A stretch of DNA of 35,655 bases from Candidatus Culexmicrobium cathedralense (lineage in GTDB: Archaea > Thermoproteota > Methanomethylicia > Culexarchaeales > Culexmicrobiaceae): contig JANZKC010000005.1 in assembly GCA_025061115.1 (NCBI GenBank), positions 1-35,655 on the forward strand, given 5' to 3'. Below, in pieces: positions 18,592 through 27,861 of this stretch. A program made the position numbers and the translations under genes. The stretch's first letter is position 1. The number at the start of each line of letters is the position of its first letter. The notes beneath the pieces are model-generated. The model worked only from the letters and a program-made list of their open reading frames with translations. It was not told where the DNA came from and searched no databases.

Positions 18592-18609
18592 AGCTAAAGG
18601 TGATAACCT

Positions 18610-18765
18610 ATGAGCACGAAGCTACCTGAGAACATCAGGAAGCAAATAGAGGAAGCAATTAAGCAGGGAAAAATGGTTATCATACATCCGGAAGCATCCA
18701 AGAAAACAAAGAAAACAAATCAAGTGGAGCCAATAGACTGGCCACCAGCACCTAAAAAACCATAG
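18610..18765 (+). CDS. Small basic protein (51 aa, not in ORF track)
   Basis: MSTKLPENIRKQIEEAIKQG..., after AGGTGA. Confidence 0.6.
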   Translation: MSTKLPENIRKQIEEAIKQGKMVIIHPEASKKTKKTNQVEPIDWPPAPKKP

Positions 18766-18775
18766 GTGGTAGGCA

Positions 18776-19306
18776 GTGTTCGGGTGGCTACAAGCCTTTG
18801 TCGAACCGTTTGTAGAAGCTCTTGGAGGAGTATTCTATCATGACACTGCAATGTATATTATTCCTCCGACAACGGAGCCGATTTATGCAACATACGTTCC
18901 GGAGCCTAGAACGAAAGTCCTAGTAATAGGGGTTACGTTTGGAACACCCCGGGAATACGATCCGGCAACAGGGACTTTCGGGCCGGAAGTTGAAAGCATG
19001 AATATTGGATTCTGGCATGCTACCAGGGGGAAAATGGATTGGCATTGGGATCCGCTGGTGAAAAGTATTTTGATGACTAATCCTTATCCTCAGCTTATAT
19101 GGTGTGATGCTAGCAAACCCTATGAGTTGCTGATTGTTAACGATACTTCCACAACCGTTGCTGTTGACGTTACTTTTTGGGTTATAAGGTTCCCTAAGAG
19201 GACATGGTGCCCTGTTCTTGGAAGGTACTGTGACCCGGAGGAGCTTTGGAACAAGTACATGAACGGAATAGTGGAGTTCTTTGTGAAACAAGCTGTTGAA
19301 ACATGA
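18776..19306 (+). CDS. Putative structural protein (single jelly-roll-like)
   Basis: Beta-rich; YELLIVNDTSTTVAVDVTFWVI. Confidence 0.55.
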   Translation: MFGWLQAFVEPFVEALGGVFYHDTAMYIIPPTTEPIYATYVPEPRTKVLVIGVTFGTPREYDPATGTFGPEVESMNIGFWHATRGKMDWHWDPLVKSILMTNPYPQLIWCDASKPYELLIVNDTSTTVAVDVTFWVIRFPKRTWCPVLGRYCDPEELWNKYMNGIVEFFVKQAVET

Positions 19307-19346
19307 GAAGGAACTGTAAACGATAATGGAGATGGGGTGAAACGTT

Positions 19347-19775
19347 GTGAGCACCATATATCCTAGGCTTGAAACATTAAAGAAAGCTCTTGAGGAAACG
19401 GTTGCACCGGTAAGGGAGAAAACGGTTAAGGAGCTAGACACGGTAAGCATAGGTCCCGGTGAAGTAGCGGAGTTCGCGGTTGAGTCTGCGAAGAAATACT
19501 CTGCCATGGTTGTAACCGTTAAAGCTACATATGATCCCTCTGCAACCGCCGGAATTAGGGTGAGATGGCTTTACTCAGCCGATGGAACAGACTACGACAG
19601 CCCCGAGGATGCTATAGATGCGGGGAACTACGAGGATTTAACTTTTGAAGCCGGAAAAACCAGGCAGAGAACAGTGCTTATACCTCTGCTTCAACCATAT
19701 GTGAAGGTTCAAATAGTTAACATGGACACATCATACTCTGTTGTCGTTACCGTGTGGAGGACGCTTATGAGGTAA
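19347..19775 (+). CDS. Putative structural protein (single jelly-roll-like)
   Basis: Beta-rich; YSADGTDYD, PYVKVQIVN. Confidence 0.55.
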   Translation: MSTIYPRLETLKKALEETVAPVREKTVKELDTVSIGPGEVAEFAVESAKKYSAMVVTVKATYDPSATAGIRVRWLYSADGTDYDSPEDAIDAGNYEDLTFEAGKTRQRTVLIPLLQPYVKVQIVNMDTSYSVVVTVWRTLMR

Positions 19776-20699
19776 TTGATCATGACGTTCGATGTTATTT
19801 CGTATTTCTTGGCGAAAAAGTCTCTTCTAAGAGCAATTAGGGCTGAGTCTCTTCCCACACTCAAGGACTTAGTAATCGATGTTGACAAGGACTGGCAAGG
19901 CTATAAGATAAAGAACTTGGGTACACCTGAAGACCCTAACGATGCTGCCACAAGGATCTACACGGACATTGCTGCTACTGGCCTTGGTGTGACGCTTTTC
20001 TTTCTTGATGAAGCGGATCCCGACGTTCCAGCCTATAAGTCTATGAGTGTTTCCGTTCCTGTCCTATCTGAGGCCTTTGCTGAAGCAACATCCAATACTG
20101 CTGGCGACGTACTGGTTGCCGGATGGATAGCGCCTGCCGACTTCTCCGTGCTTAAATTAGGTGTTGTAACTGCTTACTTCCAGGCTGAACGTGTTTCAGG
20201 CAACATAGATGTGAGAGCTTTCTTCAAACTTTTTGAAAGGGACTCAGCGGGATCTGAGACGTTGATAGCTGAGTCAACGTTAAGCGACTTAATATCCGAG
20301 AGAAGAGATGTCTTCATGAACCTGGTTCTACCAGGCGACCACATATTAGCTGCGGGCAGTAGGCTAGTGGTTAAGCTTTACGCAAGGTTTCTATCGTCAG
20401 GCTCACCTACTACCGTTAGGCTGTACTATCAGGGAGTTGTTAGGAGCAGGTTAACGTTCCCAATATCTAAGGAGATACTGGATGTGCTCTACGTACCCTA
20501 TACTGGAGCTAAATACGATATAGACCTTGACGGTAAAAGCATATTTAACGCTGGAGACATTTCTGTGAAAAACACGATAAGTGTGGGCGATGTTCTTTTC
20601 AGAAACGGATGGGTACTTACCGAAGACAAGAAACACGGAATAATATTTATCAGTCCTGAGGGGAAAAAGTATAGATTGAGGTTGGAGAAGGTAAAATGA
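19776..20699 (+). CDS. Putative spike/fibre protein 1
   Basis: KIKNLGTPEDPNDAAT fibre-like motif; C-terminal module shared with 20696-21247. Confidence 0.6.
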   Translation: MIMTFDVISYFLAKKSLLRAIRAESLPTLKDLVIDVDKDWQGYKIKNLGTPEDPNDAATRIYTDIAATGLGVTLFFLDEADPDVPAYKSMSVSVPVLSEAFAEATSNTAGDVLVAGWIAPADFSVLKLGVVTAYFQAERVSGNIDVRAFFKLFERDSAGSETLIAESTLSDLISERRDVFMNLVLPGDHILAAGSRLVVKLYARFLSSGSPTTVRLYYQGVVRSRLTFPISKEILDVLYVPYTGAKYDIDLDGKSIFNAGDISVKNTISVGDVLFRNGWVLTEDKKHGIIFISPEGKKYRLRLEKVK

Positions 20700-21247
20700 G
20701 CAGGACAATCATAATTGACGGAAAGAAAATTAAGCTATCACCTGAAACAGCCGACCCAACCCTTGAAGCAGGTATTATATGGTTTAGAGGCGATATGGGA
20801 GAGTTGAAATTCAGCCCTGACGGCACCGCGGTTAAGACAGTGTATCCAGCAGCATGGGGCGACATTACCGGGAAACCATCAGCGTATCCGCCCGAGCCCC
20901 ACACCCATGACGCATCAGAAATAACTTCAGGTAGGTTAACGCTTGACAGGCTACCTGAAGGCGCAGCCGGTTACGTTCTTGAAGCCCAGGGTAGCGGTGC
21001 GAGCCCCGCATGGGTTGATCCCAACGGCAGATACGCTCCTGCAACACACACCCATGTGAAAGCCGACATAACAGATTTCGCACACGACCACAGCGGGGAA
21101 ACGTTGAGGCCAGCGAAAATTGAGGTTGGAGACATAAAGTTCGCAAACGGTTGGGTGCTTACAGAGGACAAGGAACATGGACTGGTATTGGTTTCGCCTA
21201 AAGGAAAGAAATATCTTCTACAGCTCAAACCATTAGATAGGAGTTAA
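20696..21247 (+). CDS. Putative spike/fibre protein 2 with His-Thr-His repeats
   Basis: WGDITGKP, HTHDASEITSG and HTHVKADITDF, typical of phage tail-fibre repeats. Confidence 0.7.
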   Translation: MSRTIIIDGKKIKLSPETADPTLEAGIIWFRGDMGELKFSPDGTAVKTVYPAAWGDITGKPSAYPPEPHTHDASEITSGRLTLDRLPEGAAGYVLEAQGSGASPAWVDPNGRYAPATHTHVKADITDFAHDHSGETLRPAKIEVGDIKFANGWVLTEDKEHGLVLVSPKGKKYLLQLKPLDRS

Positions 21248-21248
21248 A

Positions 21249-21923
21249 ATGTTCAAAACTATAGAGAGCATAGTTAGAAGAAAAATACTAGAATGGCTAC
21301 TTAAGGACGGGCTCCCCAAGCTCAAAGTCGGCAACAACACAGTTACCATAGACGACGAATCAATAACATTAGCAAGCCTAACAAGCAATCCAACACTGGA
21401 AAAAGGAAAAATATGGTTCAGAGGAGACACCGGGAAAATCATGTGGAGTCCAGATGGCGCAACCGCCAAAGAAGTAAGCGACATCACAGCAGAAGACGTA
21501 TGGACATACTCTAGGAGACGTTTAACAGTTTCCATCCATTCATCACCCACCGACACAAATGAGTACTTTACTTCGAATACAAGTTACACTAAAGTAGCAA
21601 CTGAAAAGGTTAACTTCGGTGTGGCAAACGCAATAATACATATCGTCAGGGTTAGTTTCTCAAGATACAGTAGAACAGAAGACAGCTCCAGCGCGGCATA
21701 TTCAAGAATAAAGATAGCTGGAAATCCATATTGTGAAGGAAAAACCAACAATACCTATTATGTTCAGTTAGTTAACGAGTCAGTTGCAGACCTGTACGTT
21801 AAAACTGATTCAAACGGAGAAATAGCTGTAGATGTGGAATTATATAGTGAGGACTCACGTTATAGAATATATGTTACAAACATAGTAGTAAAAATATGGG
21901 GTATAATTATTGAGCCAGAGTAA
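21249..21923 (+). CDS. Putative spike/receptor-binding protein 3
   Basis: N-terminal module shared with fibre 2; VWTYSRRRLT linker; beta-rich C-terminal domain. Confidence 0.6.
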   Translation: MFKTIESIVRRKILEWLLKDGLPKLKVGNNTVTIDDESITLASLTSNPTLEKGKIWFRGDTGKIMWSPDGATAKEVSDITAEDVWTYSRRRLTVSIHSSPTDTNEYFTSNTSYTKVATEKVNFGVANAIIHIVRVSFSRYSRTEDSSSAAYSRIKIAGNPYCEGKTNNTYYVQLVNESVADLYVKTDSNGEIAVDVELYSEDSRYRIYVTNIVVKIWGIIIEPE

Positions 21924-22065
21924 GGAGGTTATACATGATGTTAGAGATGAAAGATTCAACCCTTTAATCGTGAAAATAGCTGAATATTTAGCTGAAAACT
22001 ACGAGCTAGAATTCGAATGGCAAGGAAAGAAAATAAGGGTAAGGTTTGTGAGGAAAAGCAGTTGA
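21910..22065 (+). CDS. Small hypothetical protein (51 aa, TTG start, not in ORF track)
   Basis: MSQSKEVIHDVRDERFNPLIVKIAEYLAENYELEFEWQGKK... Confidence 0.45.
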   Translation: MSQSKEVIHDVRDERFNPLIVKIAEYLAENYELEFEWQGKKIRVRFVRKSS

Positions 22066-22147
22066 AGAAAAATGGCTGAGGAAGGGGTTTTGCTTTAAAA
22101 ACTGTTAAGTACTGTTCTGTGTAAAGCATATTTCAGGTGGAGGTGAA

Positions 22148-22939
22148 ATGTGGGTTCCCAAGGAGCCTCCTGCTGTTCCAAGTTTGGAAAAGTATCCTTC
22201 AAGCATGGCTAAGAGGTTCACAGACGTTTGCATTACCCATCTCCTAGTTCACAGGCAAACATGGATACGTAGGAAAATGGAGGAACTAAATATAAGAACC
22301 GCTAGGGACGCAGTAGAGTTTGTTATTAGGAGAATAGACTACCCGCTTACTTGGGGACATCCTGATGACAAGCATTTGTGGAATGCGTTCAGCGGGAAAG
22401 CATGCTACCAGATAAGCATGGACTACTGGCAGACAGCCTATGAAACGTTGATGACATTTGTTCTGAACAACAAGTTACACGGAAAAAATGGGTATGGAGA
22501 CTGCGAGGACACATCAATACTGACTGCTAGTATGCTTAGGTTGCTGAGTGTTCCATGCTATGTTGTTTTAGGAATGGTGTACAGGGATGGAATACCGCTG
22601 GGAGGCCATGGATGGGTTATAGCTGAGTTCCCAGATAAGAAGTGGAGACTAGTGGAAACAACACTAGATGAGCCTCCAACATGGTATAGTGGCTATCCAA
22701 CAATAAACCCTGAGGAGAACAGGTGGAGGGTTGGAAACATAGTTTATGAGGGGTGGGTTAGGTTCAACGAGAAGGAATACTATGAGTGGGGTAACGGCAA
22801 TATGTTTGAAAAATACGTTAAGATGGGGTTTAGGGAGAAGGAGACAGTTAGAAAGCATAAGGCTATCTCGGAAGCCTTCAAGACTAGAACTAAAGCTTTA
22901 AGACATAGGAGACTGTTAGGTAGATTGAGATGGAGATAA
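22148..22939 (+). CDS. Transglutaminase-like (papain-fold) cysteine protease
   Basis: GDCEDTSIL, GHGWV and WRLVETT form a catalytic-triad pattern. Confidence 0.85.
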   Translation: MWVPKEPPAVPSLEKYPSSMAKRFTDVCITHLLVHRQTWIRRKMEELNIRTARDAVEFVIRRIDYPLTWGHPDDKHLWNAFSGKACYQISMDYWQTAYETLMTFVLNNKLHGKNGYGDCEDTSILTASMLRLLSVPCYVVLGMVYRDGIPLGGHGWVIAEFPDKKWRLVETTLDEPPTWYSGYPTINPEENRWRVGNIVYEGWVRFNEKEYYEWGNGNMFEKYVKMGFREKETVRKHKAISEAFKTRTKALRHRRLLGRLRWR

Positions 22940-23283
22940 GCAGAAGACTATTGGAGGTTATTATTTTTCTCTCACTTCTAGTAGCTTATGCTGCTTTAGC
23001 ATACTGCAACAATCCAAACGCTGAGCTTCTAGGTGATTTACTGAAGCTTGTAACTGTAGCTATTGTCTCATATGAGTTTGGAAGGGTAACCCCTACTCTA
23101 GCACATTTGGAGCCAGAGTATGTTAGGAGAGCAGCAGCTCTGTGCCTGGGTTTCGGAATAGCTTTAATAGTTGAGCACTTCGTGGTTCACGGCGGGTTCG
23201 ACCCCATTTGGGAGGATCCCTTAGGCCATGAAGCAATAGGATTGTACCTTATTGTTGTCTCCATGTTTCTGTTGAGGAAATAG
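22930..23283 (+). CDS. Multi-pass membrane protein
   Basis: About four hydrophobic segments. Confidence 0.7.
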   Translation: MEISRRLLEVIIFLSLLVAYAALAYCNNPNAELLGDLLKLVTVAIVSYEFGRVTPTLAHLEPEYVRRAAALCLGFGIALIVEHFVVHGGFDPIWEDPLGHEAIGLYLIVVSMFLLRK

Positions 23284-23330
23284 TTTTATTCCAACAGTAC
23301 AATAGTTTATTTAGGGGGTAGTTGTTGAGT

Positions 23331-23492
23331 ATGGAAAAAGACAATGTTGACCCAGTAGTGTTGGCTGAAAGAGTTGCTAGGCTTGAAGCTGATGTTGCAT
23401 GGCTTAAAAAGTATGCCACAGCAAACCTGATTATAAGCGTTTCCACCTTCATAGGCATAGTGGTTGCTTTGCTAAAAATCGTGCTGGGGTGA
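23331..23492 (+). CDS. Coiled-coil plus TM small protein (53 aa, not in ORF track)
   Basis: LAERVARLEADVAWLKK followed by a hydrophobic tail. Confidence 0.65.
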   Translation: MEKDNVDPVVLAERVARLEADVAWLKKYATANLIISVSTFIGIVVALLKIVLG

Positions 23493-23498
23493 GGGGTT

Positions 23499-23621
23499 GT
23501 GGAAAAGGAGAGGCTTGGATGGAAGAGAACGTATTTGCTCGCATTAGGCGGTGGGTTAGGTGCACTTGCAGGTGTGTTGCTAACAGCATATTTAATACAT
23601 TTAAGCAGGGAGGGTGAGTAG
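23499..23621 (+). CDS. Single-TM small protein (40 aa, not in ORF track)
   Basis: YLLALGGGLGALAGVLLTAYLI; GAGGGG RBS. Confidence 0.6.
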   Translation: MEKERLGWKRTYLLALGGGLGALAGVLLTAYLIHLSREGE

Positions 23622-23956
23622 TGGCCTACAGTAATGTTTTAACAGTGGAGGTTTTGCCGAAGGAAAAGTTCAACGTTAAAATATATGCATTCTACTACGA
23701 CAGGTTCGGTATGCCGAGGGAAATACCTGTGGAAATAAAAATATGTATTGTTCATCCGGAAATAGGTTACAGGTGTTTTTCAACGAAAACGCCTTTCGAA
23801 ACCTCTTTGAAGGGAGGGTACATTGTTGAAGTATCTGTTCCAGAGTATTGGTGGGGCTACAGGTTCGTAATGTGGAGTGACGGTGTAACCGACAAGTATA
23901 GGAGGTTCACGGTTACTTCTGACGTTGAGCTTGGAGCAGAGTACACGCCAATCTAA
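23621..23956 (+). CDS. Beta-sandwich protein (PEGA/InlB B-repeat-like)
   Basis: KTPFETSL..G.YIVEV...YRFVMWSDG. Confidence 0.65.
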   Translation: MAYSNVLTVEVLPKEKFNVKIYAFYYDRFGMPREIPVEIKICIVHPEIGYRCFSTKTPFETSLKGGYIVEVSVPEYWWGYRFVMWSDGVTDKYRRFTVTSDVELGAEYTPI

Positions 23957-23993
23957 AATACTATATACTGCATATACACATTTGGTGGTATAT

Positions 23994-24926
23994 GTGGCTG
24001 AAATCTACAGCAACGTAATCTACGTAGACGTGGTTGAAAAGGGTAAAATATTTATTGTAGAATACCCTGAAACCATTGAGCTTCTAACAGATGAGGCAAC
24101 ATATTTCGAGGTTAAGGTGAGAAACGAATACCTTGACTACAAGCTTGTTAGAACAGAGCTAATAGACCATGAAGGCAAGGTGCGGAAAGACGAGAGAAAA
24201 ATAGCACCCAAAACAGCTGTTCTAATAGCGTTCTACCATCCAGCAATAGGTGTTGAAGGAACATACATGTGGAAGCTAAGAGTAACCAACCTAACCGACG
24301 GCAAAGTTGAAGACGAGAAAACAATAACCGTTACAGTTAAGAAGCCTGAAAAACCAAAATACAAGGTAACGGTAGCATATACTGGTTTCGCTAAGCCACC
24401 ATATGTTTCAGCCCTAATAAACGTTGGTGCCGGAGATGTACGTAAAGAACTTCCTGTAACAGTTGAAACAACAGGATATCTTAGAATATCAGGTATTAGG
24501 CTTTACACTAAAAGAACATATGAAGGATATGTTTGGCAATACGAAACCGGAGCCCATCCAAAATGGATTTACAGTATGGAACCATATCCTGCACCTGAAA
24601 CCGAAGTAGCTAAAATAGTTTTCCAAGAATACGCAGTAAACCTAACATATAAAAGCAAAAAAGTTACAGACACAACTCTCACTGTTTTAGGTGTTTCATC
24701 AGATGGAAAGGTAACATTAAAGTTTTCAGTAGCAAAGTACGGATACCGTGAAGTAAGAGGCACAATATTAGAGTCAAATGCTCAAGTAAAGTTTAAATGG
24801 ATATGTCCTGTTTGCGGCTATGTCAACGTCGATGTTGAAGATAAAGACAGGTTAATTTATTTAGAATGGAAGGTTGCTGAAATGTGCGATAGATGTAAGG
24901 TTCAGTCTTATATAGTTTTAATGTAA
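23994..24926 (+). CDS. Ig-like multidomain protein with C-terminal Zn ribbon (310 aa)
   Basis: Likely GTG start at 23994 after GGTGG; GTYMWKLRV; CPVCG...CDRC. Confidence 0.7.
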   Translation: MAEIYSNVIYVDVVEKGKIFIVEYPETIELLTDEATYFEVKVRNEYLDYKLVRTELIDHEGKVRKDERKIAPKTAVLIAFYHPAIGVEGTYMWKLRVTNLTDGKVEDEKTITVTVKKPEKPKYKVTVAYTGFAKPPYVSALINVGAGDVRKELPVTVETTGYLRISGIRLYTKRTYEGYVWQYETGAHPKWIYSMEPYPAPETEVAKIVFQEYAVNLTYKSKKVTDTTLTVLGVSSDGKVTLKFSVAKYGYREVRGTILESNAQVKFKWICPVCGYVNVDVEDKDRLIYLEWKVAEMCDRCKVQSYIVLM

Positions 24927-24947
24927 AAATATGTTTTGGGTGGAAGA

Positions 24948-25430
24948 ATGTCATATGTTTGGAGTTCAGGGGTGTCAGTTACTATTTCGTCCCCGCCTCC
25001 TCCTGAAGTAGCATCCGTAACCATAACTCCTGAGAGAACTGAGGGTGTAGCTCCTGTAACGTTGGAGTTTAAGGTTACAGCTGTTTTGAATAGGGAGGTT
25101 TACGACTGGGAGAAAGTTGATGTTGAAATTGTTTTAGCGGTGAACAGCAAAGACAACATTGTAGCCAGGAAAACAGTAACGATTTCACCGGGGTACAAGG
25201 CTAAATCAGCGTATTTAACATACACGTTCAGCAAGCCGGGAACATACACTGTCTGGGGCGGTGCAAGAACCATATCGGCCGGAGTAGCAGGTGCTGCATA
25301 CACTTACTCTGCACCGGTGGAAATCATGGCCCACCCAGCACCAACACCGGAACTGAAGAATCTAGCAATCACCGGAGCAATAGCGGCAATAATAGTAATA
25401 GCAGCATCGGCCATAGGGAGGAGAAAATAG
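24948..25430 (+). CDS. PKD/Ig-like protein with C-terminal TM anchor
   Basis: GVAPVTLEF, YTFSKPGTYTV; hydrophobic tail followed by RRK. Confidence 0.75.
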   Translation: MSYVWSSGVSVTISSPPPPEVASVTITPERTEGVAPVTLEFKVTAVLNREVYDWEKVDVEIVLAVNSKDNIVARKTVTISPGYKAKSAYLTYTFSKPGTYTVWGGARTISAGVAGAAYTYSAPVEIMAHPAPTPELKNLAITGAIAAIIVIAASAIGRRK

Positions 25431-25531
25431 TTTAATACTCCCATATTTTCTCTGGTAGACTTCTTCATAAATAAAGCTTATATAGTATAACATATTATAG
25501 TATATTAGGTATAGTATATTAGGTGGTTTAA

Positions 25532-26542
25532 ATGGACTGGTCCCAAGTTCTAAAAACAGCACTTGAAGAAGCCAGAAAGTACTGGTACCAATATTCTGAA
25601 CCATTAACCCTAAGAGGGCTCTTCTATATCCTGGTCTCCAAGAACGTTATACCTAACACTAAATCAGCATATAAAAGGCTAAGCGCCGTACTGGCCAAGG
25701 CACGGTATAGAGGGGAGTTTCCATGGTATTATTTAAAAGATGTTACTAGAAAAGTACAGTATCTTGAACCATGGACCTACTATCCTACAAAACCTCTTAG
25801 CGAAGAAGAAATATTGAAGATAATTGAAGACTATGTTAACAACCACTTCGACGTCTCAATTAACCCATGGGATGATCAGCCAAAAAGAGTGATCGTGGTT
25901 GTTGAGAAAGAGGCCCTAGGAGATCTTGTTGCTGCATTTGTGAAAGAAGTGTTTAAACATGGAGTTTACCAGGTAAGAGTTATTAAAGGATATGATAGTG
26001 CAACGGATGTTAAGAAGGTAGCTGAAGATGTTGAATCAATAGATAGTAGAGGTAAAATACCGGTGGTCCTTCAGCTAGGAGACTATGATCCATCGGGAGA
26101 AGACATTGTAAGGGACTTCCGTGAAAGAGTTAAAATGCTTTCTAATGTTGAAAACATTGTTTTCGAGAAAGTAGCTGTAACAGCAGATCAAATATTGGAG
26201 CTGAACCTGCCACCTAAGCCGGAGTCGGCAGATGAAATTGCTAAGCTAAAGAGGGATCCAAGATATCCTAAGTACGTTGAGAAACTTAAGAGGGATCCTA
26301 AGCTTAGACCGCTGGTTGAACAGTATGGAGGACTAGTCCGTGTAGAGCTCGATGCGCTAGTAGCTTTAAGGCCTGAAGACTTCAAGAAAATCCTCAGAAA
26401 AGCCATAGAGAAACACTTTGACTGGAACATTTACAATAATGTTACCAAGAGGAAAAAGGAGGAACTAGGGAAAAAAGCAGAGGAATTCAAGAAGCAAACC
26501 ATGGAGAACCTGAAGAAACTACTTAAGAAGCAAGGTGAGTAA
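25532..26542 (+). CDS. Toprim-domain protein of the Topo VI-A/Spo11/JetD-like group
   Basis: TLRGLFY (winged-helix Tyr), VVVEKEAL, GDYDPSG, VELDAL. Confidence 0.85.
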   Translation: MDWSQVLKTALEEARKYWYQYSEPLTLRGLFYILVSKNVIPNTKSAYKRLSAVLAKARYRGEFPWYYLKDVTRKVQYLEPWTYYPTKPLSEEEILKIIEDYVNNHFDVSINPWDDQPKRVIVVVEKEALGDLVAAFVKEVFKHGVYQVRVIKGYDSATDVKKVAEDVESIDSRGKIPVVLQLGDYDPSGEDIVRDFRERVKMLSNVENIVFEKVAVTADQILELNLPPKPESADEIAKLKRDPRYPKYVEKLKRDPKLRPLVEQYGGLVRVELDALVALRPEDFKKILRKAIEKHFDWNIYNNVTKRKKEELGKKAEEFKKQTMENLKKLLKKQGE

Positions 26543-26544
26543 AC

Positions 26545-26793
26545 ATGCTCACCATAGTGGCAATAATAATAGCAATAATAGTTGGCGTAATAGCAATACT
26601 AGTATATGAATTCCGTAAATCAGAAGAATTTCCCAAAGTAGGTGAAATTGAGCTAGTGGAAAAACTACCTGAAAAATGTTATATTTGCGGAGGAAAAGTA
26701 GAAATAATATTGTTCAATACGGGTTTCTGCTATAAATGCCTTGAAAAACTAACTAAATACATCGCGGATAAGTACAAGGAGGAAAACAAGTAG
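26545..26793 (+). CDS. N-terminal TM protein with CxxC/CxxC Zn finger
   Basis: Hydrophobic N-terminus; CYICG...CYKC. Confidence 0.7.
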   Translation: MLTIVAIIIAIIVGVIAILVYEFRKSEEFPKVGEIELVEKLPEKCYICGGKVEIILFNTGFCYKCLEKLTKYIADKYKEENK

Positions 26794-26850
26794 ATTCTCT
26801 TTTTTCCACATACCTTCTTAACAATATCATGTATACTTGACCGCACATAG

Positions 26851-26988
26851 TTATTTACCTTTAATTATTAGTTCGAATCTGTTACAGCATTTAACACTGT
26901 GCTCAGCTATGAAAGGTAGGTTGGATAAAGTAACTATGAACTCACGGCCGCACCTACTACATTTTAAAACATAATATTTTTTCGCCAT
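26851..26988 (-). CDS. Small Zn-ribbon protein
   Basis: Likely start MAKKYY; CSRCG...CC. Confidence 0.55.
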   Translation of the reverse strand: MAKKYYVLKCSRCGREFIVTLSNLPFIAEHSVKCCNRFELIIKGK

Positions 26989-27154
26989 TTCCGCTTCTAA
27001 CTTCTCCACGGTCCAATATAGACTTTCCTTTAAGCCCAAGATCCCACATGTGCCCGCAGAACCTGCATTTAGCATAGTAATGTAGGGAACCCTCAATAAT
27101 CTCAACATTTGACCTTCCGCAAACAGGGCACCTAAGCTTCACTTCTCCCACCAT
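26957..27154 (-). CDS. Zn-ribbon protein
   Basis: CPVCG...CRFCGH. Confidence 0.7.
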   Translation of the reverse strand: MVGEVKLRCPVCGRSNVEIIEGSLHYYAKCRFCGHMWDLGLKGKSILDRGEVRSGNGEKILCFKM

Positions 27155-27861
27155 GCGGGCCTAATTGTTTTCCTGTAAACCGTTACCCCGTATGATTCAA
27201 GAAGCTCTATTAGCTTAAGCGTCTGCTCCAGAGACGGCTCGGGCAACTTGTTGTTGTAGTTGTCGTATCCTACATAGACGAATTCAGGGTTTATTTCAGC
27301 TATTTCCTTGGAGAACTTGTAAACGTCTCTTATCTGTATTATTGGCTCAACTGAAACCATTAGCCTTACGTTCCCATTAACCATTCTAATCCACTTCATT
27401 GCGTTAATTCTCCTTGAAGGAGAAGGAGCATTGCTTATACCGTATGCCCAATATACTTTGTCGAAGTCCGTTTCTACGGTAGCACCTAAAATAACGTTAT
27501 CCATGTGTGAAAGCTCATCCAAGAACTCAAAGTACCTAGCAGGGTTCTTTGTTAGGAAAAGAAAAGTTGTTTCAGGGAATTTCCTAATATGGCTGATAAC
27601 CGTTTCAATCCAGAAGTCTTTAACCCACCAGCCCCACATATCACCCATGTCACTGACGAAGATAAATTCACCTGGTTTAAACTTTTTCCTAAGCTCTTGA
27701 TGATGAAACTTAGGCTTAAAACCTTCACTATACTTCCTAGTGTTTTTAAGCCTAGTCTCAACAAGTTTCCTAGCCCAACAGTATTTACATAAATGTAGGC
27801 AACCGGTAATAACATTCCATGTCTTTGTCACTTTATGGAACATTCTTGACCTCATTGCCAT
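27139..27861 (-). CDS. Phage Gp37/Gp68 (DUF5131) radical-SAM-like protein
   Basis: TWNVITGCxxxCxYCWA, IFVSDMGD, FLTKNP, VSVEPI. Confidence 0.85.
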   Translation of the reverse strand: MAMRSRMFHKVTKTWNVITGCLHLCKYCWARKLVETRLKNTRKYSEGFKPKFHHQELRKKFKPGEFIFVSDMGDMWGWWVKDFWIETVISHIRKFPETTFLFLTKNPARYFEFLDELSHMDNVILGATVETDFDKVYWAYGISNAPSPSRRINAMKWIRMVNGNVRLMVSVEPIIQIRDVYKFSKEIAEINPEFVYVGYDNYNNKLPEPSLEQTLKLIELLESYGVTVYRKTIRPAWWEK

